A stretch of 57,837 bases of DNA, from IMG/VR virus record IMGVR_UViG_3300042923_000257, positions 1 through 57,837 of that record. The stretch is one strand, 5' to 3'. This DNA comes from a virus (taxonomy: Duplodnaviria > Caudoviricetes). Below are positions 54,659 through 57,837 of this stretch, piece after piece; the first letter of the stretch is position 1, and each line of letters begins with the position of its first letter. The position numbers and the translations under genes were made by a program. The notes under the pieces are model-generated. The model worked only from the letters and a program-made list of their open reading frames with translations, was not told the origin of the DNA and ran no database searches.

Positions 54659-54740
54659 GGCGGTGTGCCCGAGCGGCCAAAGGGAGCAGACTGTAAATCT
54701 GCCGGCTCAGCCTTCCCAGGTTCGAATCCTGGCGCCGCCA
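54659..54740 (+). tRNA. tRNA-Tyr(GTA)
   Basis: Canonical cloverleaf GGCGGTG...GCAGA-CTGTAAA-TCTGC...CCAGG-TTCGAAT-CCTGG-CGCCGCCA; -10 TAATGT at 54601. Confidence 0.95.
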
Positions 54741-54749
54741 CACTAGTAG

Positions 54750-54965
54750 GCCCCTCCCTTCGGGGAGGGGCTTTCTGCTGTCTGGGGACACGAAGAAGAA
54801 GCCCTCCCGGTCTGTTAGTCCGGGAGGGCTCTTCTTATGGGGAACCCTCAGCCTCAGCCCCCAGCCAGCCGGCTGGTAGCCCATACGAGGAGTCTGAGGG
54901 GCCGGCCCCACAAGTAAGAAGTCCCCTCTGGACTCAAAGGGTTTGTACACGCAGAGGGGGACTTC
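54750..54965. terminator. Three successive terminator-like hairpins
   Basis: 54750-54775 (TTCG loop), 54793-54836, 54918-54965. Confidence 0.7.
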
Positions 54966-55026
54966 CGTTGTCTCCTACGGCTTTGTATGGGTGAACCTCC
55001 CACCGTAGGAGACGCCTTGCAGTCTA

Positions 55027-55236
55027 CTAGACGAGGCTGCCCTTCTGCACGGCGCTGATGAAGCTGCCCCAGGCGGTGTCAGCGAAGACGACCGCGGGGC
55101 CGGCAGGGGCCTTGGAGTCCCGGACAGGCATAGCCGCGGGGATGGCTCCGTGAGCCACCTCAACACAGTCGTTACTTCCTCCGCTGTAGCTGGACTTGGT
55201 CCAGCCGTTCAGTGCGGATGCATTGTCGATGATCAT
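55027..55236 (-). CDS. DUF397 (BldB/Scr2-like) protein
   Basis: W.KSSYS....CVEVA....VRDSK...GP...F....W..F. Confidence 0.95.
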   Translation of the reverse strand: MIIDNASALNGWTKSSYSGGSNDCVEVAHGAIPAAMPVRDSKAPAGPAVVFADTAWGSFISAVQKGSLV

Positions 55237-56087
55237 TAGATCGCGTCCTTCAGTTGTTCAATGAGGTTGGCCGATTCATCGAGAGGCAAGGCCGCGGCAC
55301 GTAGATGCTCGTAGGCCGAGCCGTATCGACTTACTTCCGCAGGATCCTCCACATACAGAGCACTCGTCAGGGACTCAACCAGGACAACGTCCAGGTCTGC
55401 CGTCTCCGGGAAGCCGATGACAGCGAATGAGCCGCTCATCCCGACGTGCGGGGGAGCGTCCAGAGGCAGTACCTGTATCGAGACGTGCGGAAGCTCTTGT
55501 TTGTCCAGCAGCCATTGGAGCTGCTCCTTCATCATCCCGGGGTCGCTCTTCAGGTGAGGGTGAAGAGCTGCCTCATGGATGACTGCCCACAGCTCCAGAG
55601 GCTCCGGGCGGGATAGGACCGACTGACGAGCCCGGCGAACGTCTACCAGGGAGTTCACCTGTTCAGGCGTGGCAGTCATGTTGATTGCGCTGATGGTGGC
55701 GCGGGCGTAGGCCGCGGTCTGAAGCAGGCCCGGGATGAGCGTGGCTTGGTAGGTCCGCAGGTTGACTGCGTCATCCTCCAGGCTGATCAGGTCTTCGTAG
55801 GCCGGGGAGATGATGCCGCGGTAGGTCTGCCACCAGCCGCGCTTCTTACCGTCCCGGGCGAACATGTGGAGGGCATCCCGCTTCTCCGGGTCGGTGATCT
55901 CGTAGAGGTCCAGAAGAACATTGAGGTCAACCGGCCGGATCCCCAGCACGGCCTTCTCAACCCTGCTGACCTTGGACGGAGTTAGGTCTGTTTGGGCTGC
56001 TACGTCGTCCAGCTTCAGGCCCTTGGCTTCCCGGGCTGTCCGCAGCTCGGAGCCGAGTCGACGCGTCCGAACCGTGGGCTCTGCCAT
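55236..56087 (-). CDS. XRE-HTH + DUF5753 regulator (WhiJ/Scr1-like)
   Basis: RRLG.ELR..RE, GWWQ.Y, IPGLLQT..YARA, R..RQ..L, E.AL, IQV.P. Confidence 0.93.
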   Translation of the reverse strand: MAEPTVRTRRLGSELRTAREAKGLKLDDVAAQTDLTPSKVSRVEKAVLGIRPVDLNVLLDLYEITDPEKRDALHMFARDGKKRGWWQTYRGIISPAYEDLISLEDDAVNLRTYQATLIPGLLQTAAYARATISAINMTATPEQVNSLVDVRRARQSVLSRPEPLELWAVIHEAALHPHLKSDPGMMKEQLQWLLDKQELPHVSIQVLPLDAPPHVGMSGSFAVIGFPETADLDVVLVESLTSALYVEDPAEVSRYGSAYEHLRAAALPLDESANLIEQLKDAI

Positions 56088-56289
56088 GCGCACCCCCTTC
56101 TACCTGTCCATTCTTCGCCCAACTCTGGTGCGTGGCTACAGCTTTCCACAGTCGGCCAGACCATGCCCTGATCCGACTGCAATTTTGCTGAGTTGGTTCA
56201 ACGGGTTGCATCCGGGGTACGACTTTGGACACACTGTTAGTGCCAGTCCGCGTACAGTGGGTGATCACATGCAGGGATTAGGAGGCGCC

Positions 56290-56514
56290 GTGTCGCGTCC
56301 TGAAGCGAAGGATCTGCCAGCCGTAGGAACGGTCATGGTGGACACAGCTCGAAGCAAGCTCGGTGAGTTCCAGGGAGCCCAGGCCGGCCGGTACTACCTC
56401 CGACCGATCGGGGGAGGCCGTGAGTGGGACGTGGCGGAGAAGTGGGCCCGGGTTGCTACTCCCGGGGATCTCAGCAGCGAATGGTTGAACGCGACACAGG
56501 GTGGTAGTCGGTGA
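56290..56514 (+). CDS. Small Streptomyces-type protein divergent from XRE
   Basis: GGAGG RBS; D....GE......YLRP.GGG.EW. Confidence 0.7.
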   Translation: MSRPEAKDLPAVGTVMVDTARSKLGEFQGAQAGRYYLRPIGGGREWDVAEKWARVATPGDLSSEWLNATQGGSR

Positions 56515-56735
56515 CTACGTCCTCCCTGCCTTTGACTCTCAAGCCTTCTGGCCTTCCGGTTAAGCAGTTCATCGAGTGCACCAGGTGCCTGGACGCAAGC
56601 AGGGACGAGAGCGCTGTTGATGCCTGGGCTGCTGAACACCTGACGAAGCGTCCGGGGCACGACACCTTCCGGACCGTCAACACAGCCAGTTGGCGACTTG
56701 GGCCGAAAGAGCACACCACAAGCCCCACGACCTAG
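56511..56735 (+). CDS. Small Zn-binding protein often found beside XRE/DUF397 loci
   Basis: C..C...S.....WA..H....GH..FR. Confidence 0.7.
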   Translation: MTTSSLPLTLKPSGLPVKQFIECTRCLDASRDESAVDAWAAEHLTKRPGHDTFRTVNTASWRLGPKEHTTSPTT

Positions 56736-57064
56736 GCGCCCGTGCGTCTGAGTCGTGGAAGGGGGCAACGGGGGCCGGTTCCCAGCTAGGTTGGCCGAGG
56801 CCGGCCCCTGTTCGCCTCGTCAGATCGTCCCGGGGAAGCAGTCCTTCGCCCTGGGACAACCCCCGCCCGGTGCCGGCAGCCCGAGAGGGAAAGTATCGGG
56901 TGGGGGCCCGACTGTGACCGACTTTGACCGAGTCGGCAGGGGAGTAGAGGGGAGGGAACCATGGATAGCACTCTGGGAACCGTCTGCACTTGGCCGCCTG
57001 TGCCCAAGCCGGACGACGATCCGCCTACACCGCCACCGGATGATCTGACCAAGTAGGAGTTCCC

Positions 57065-57250
57065 ATGGCTGTCAGCCGCAATCGAGTGCCCACCCCTCGT
57101 GATCTAGCCGAGGATGAGTGGAGGATGGACACAGCCCGGGGGCGTCGATACTGCCGGGTGCACCCCCAGCAGCAGATGATCCCCCTCGCCGTGGGCGATG
57201 TGTGTCCTCTGCCTCATGGCGAGACCCACGAGAAGGCTGATAGCCGATAA
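57065..57250 (+). CDS. Hypothetical protein
   Basis: AGGAG RBS; C..H........CP..H. Confidence 0.6.
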   Translation: MAVSRNRVPTPRDLAEDEWRMDTARGRRYCRVHPQQQMIPLAVGDVCPLPHGETHEKADSR

Positions 57251-57262
57251 CTCCGGGGTGAT

Positions 57263-57310
57263 AAGAAGCCTCGTCCACTTCCCTCTAAAAGGGAGTGGGC
57301 GGGGCTTCTT
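57263..57310. terminator. Intrinsic terminator-like hairpin
   Basis: AAGAAGCCTCGTCCACTTCCCT/AGGGAGTGGGCGGGGCTTCTT. Confidence 0.7.
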
Positions 57311-57506
57311 CTATTTCCGGGGCTGAAACCCCTTAATTCATTCTTTCATGACCAGGCCGGCACTCCTGAGGTGCCGGCTACTCCTCTTTCATTCATTCTG
57401 CCGCACTCAGGGTGCGGCACTACCCCTGTCGCCCGCCCTCTACCCGGGCGGGCTCTATGGGTGACACTGAAGATCACTAAGGGGGGTATATTCTTTCACC
57501 CTACAA

Positions 57507-57572
57507 TATAGATGTCGGTGTCAATCGAAGCTGTTTGAGACAGAATCATGAAAAAATGAGGCCCAGATCACA
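57507..57572. promoter_or_regulatory. Tripartite conserved element, copy 2
   Basis: Same three blocks at nearly the same offsets as 30755-30820. Confidence 0.7.
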
Positions 57573-57750
57573 CAGTAGAGGGGCCTTGATTCATTCATTC
57601 TGACCTGCGAGAGGGAGTCAGGAGCTGTTTGGGGCTGAAAAGGGGCCTGAGAGCCCCTCAGAGGGCCTCTTAGGGGGCCTGTGGGGCGTTGGAGCGGCGT
57701 AGCCGAGTTAGGGCGTCAGAGAGCCTCTCAATCATTCCTAACCCGTACAC

Positions 57751-57837
57751 GATCGAAGGAAGGCGCCCCCGGGCTGTGTCCATCCTCCACTCATCCTCGG
57801 CTAGATCACGAGGGGTGGGCACTCGATTGCGGCTGAC
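57751..57837. other. Terminal overlap plus inverted duplication (likely assembly chimera)
   Basis: 57751-57772 equals 1-22; 57764-57837 is the exact reverse complement of 57071-57144. Confidence 0.8.

Noticed and set aside
54659-54740. tRNA-Tyr as the attP core
   Set aside because: No tyrosine integrase and no duplicated tRNA 3' end were seen; the encoded integrase is serine type with its own symmetric site.
57764-57837. 74-bp inverted repeat as an invertible segment or hairpin telomere
   Set aside because: It is an exact copy of coding sequence at the contig end, joined through the microhomology CGCCCCCGG, which is typical of a chimeric read. No invertase or protelomerase is present.

Overview
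The window is an apparently complete, circularly mapped temperate siphovirus genome of about 57,750 bp. Positions 1-22 recur at 57751-57772, and the last 74 nt are an inverted copy of 57071-57144, probably an assembly chimera. The host is most likely Streptomyces, inferred from the XRE/DUF397 pair, a Streptomyces-type tRNA-Tyr and GC-rich codon use. Layout: (i) ~0-7.4 kb is a compositionally distinct early module with a long structured non-coding leader, many micro-ORFs and a DUF3987 gene, flanked by short-repeat arrays. (ii) 7.6-30.4 kb is a minus-strand virion/lysis operon (HNH, TerS, TerL, portal, scaffold, capsid, head-tail, tail with -1 frameshift chaperone, tape measure, double beta-helix spike, holin, amidase). 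(iii) 30.5-31.6 kb is a control region plus an L5 gp71/Bxb1 gp69-like repressor. (iv) 32-52.5 kb is a plus-strand replication/nucleotide arm (Cas4-like nuclease, DnaB, EndoVII, HNH, split primase, DUF5664, C5-MTase, exonuclease, sigma-like factor, NrdJ, SLT, ThyX, PolA, dCMP deaminase, SLOG). (v) The right end carries a serine integrase, a 50-bp attP, tRNA-Tyr and an XRE-DUF397 cassette. A 13-bp asymmetric motif GTTGAWWCGAGAC occurs about 20 times, nearly always co-oriented with transcription (stoperator-like), and often forms a promoter -35 element. The most novel-looking signals are the ~700-nt structured early leader (rrn-like boxA, two multi-stem domains, twin cross-pairing hairpins around a micro-ORF), two paralogous micro-ORFs flanking int/attP, a tripartite element conserved at two distant sites, and a 15-bp motif bracketing the lysis genes. 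All protein calls come from motif recognition by eye; no database searches were run.
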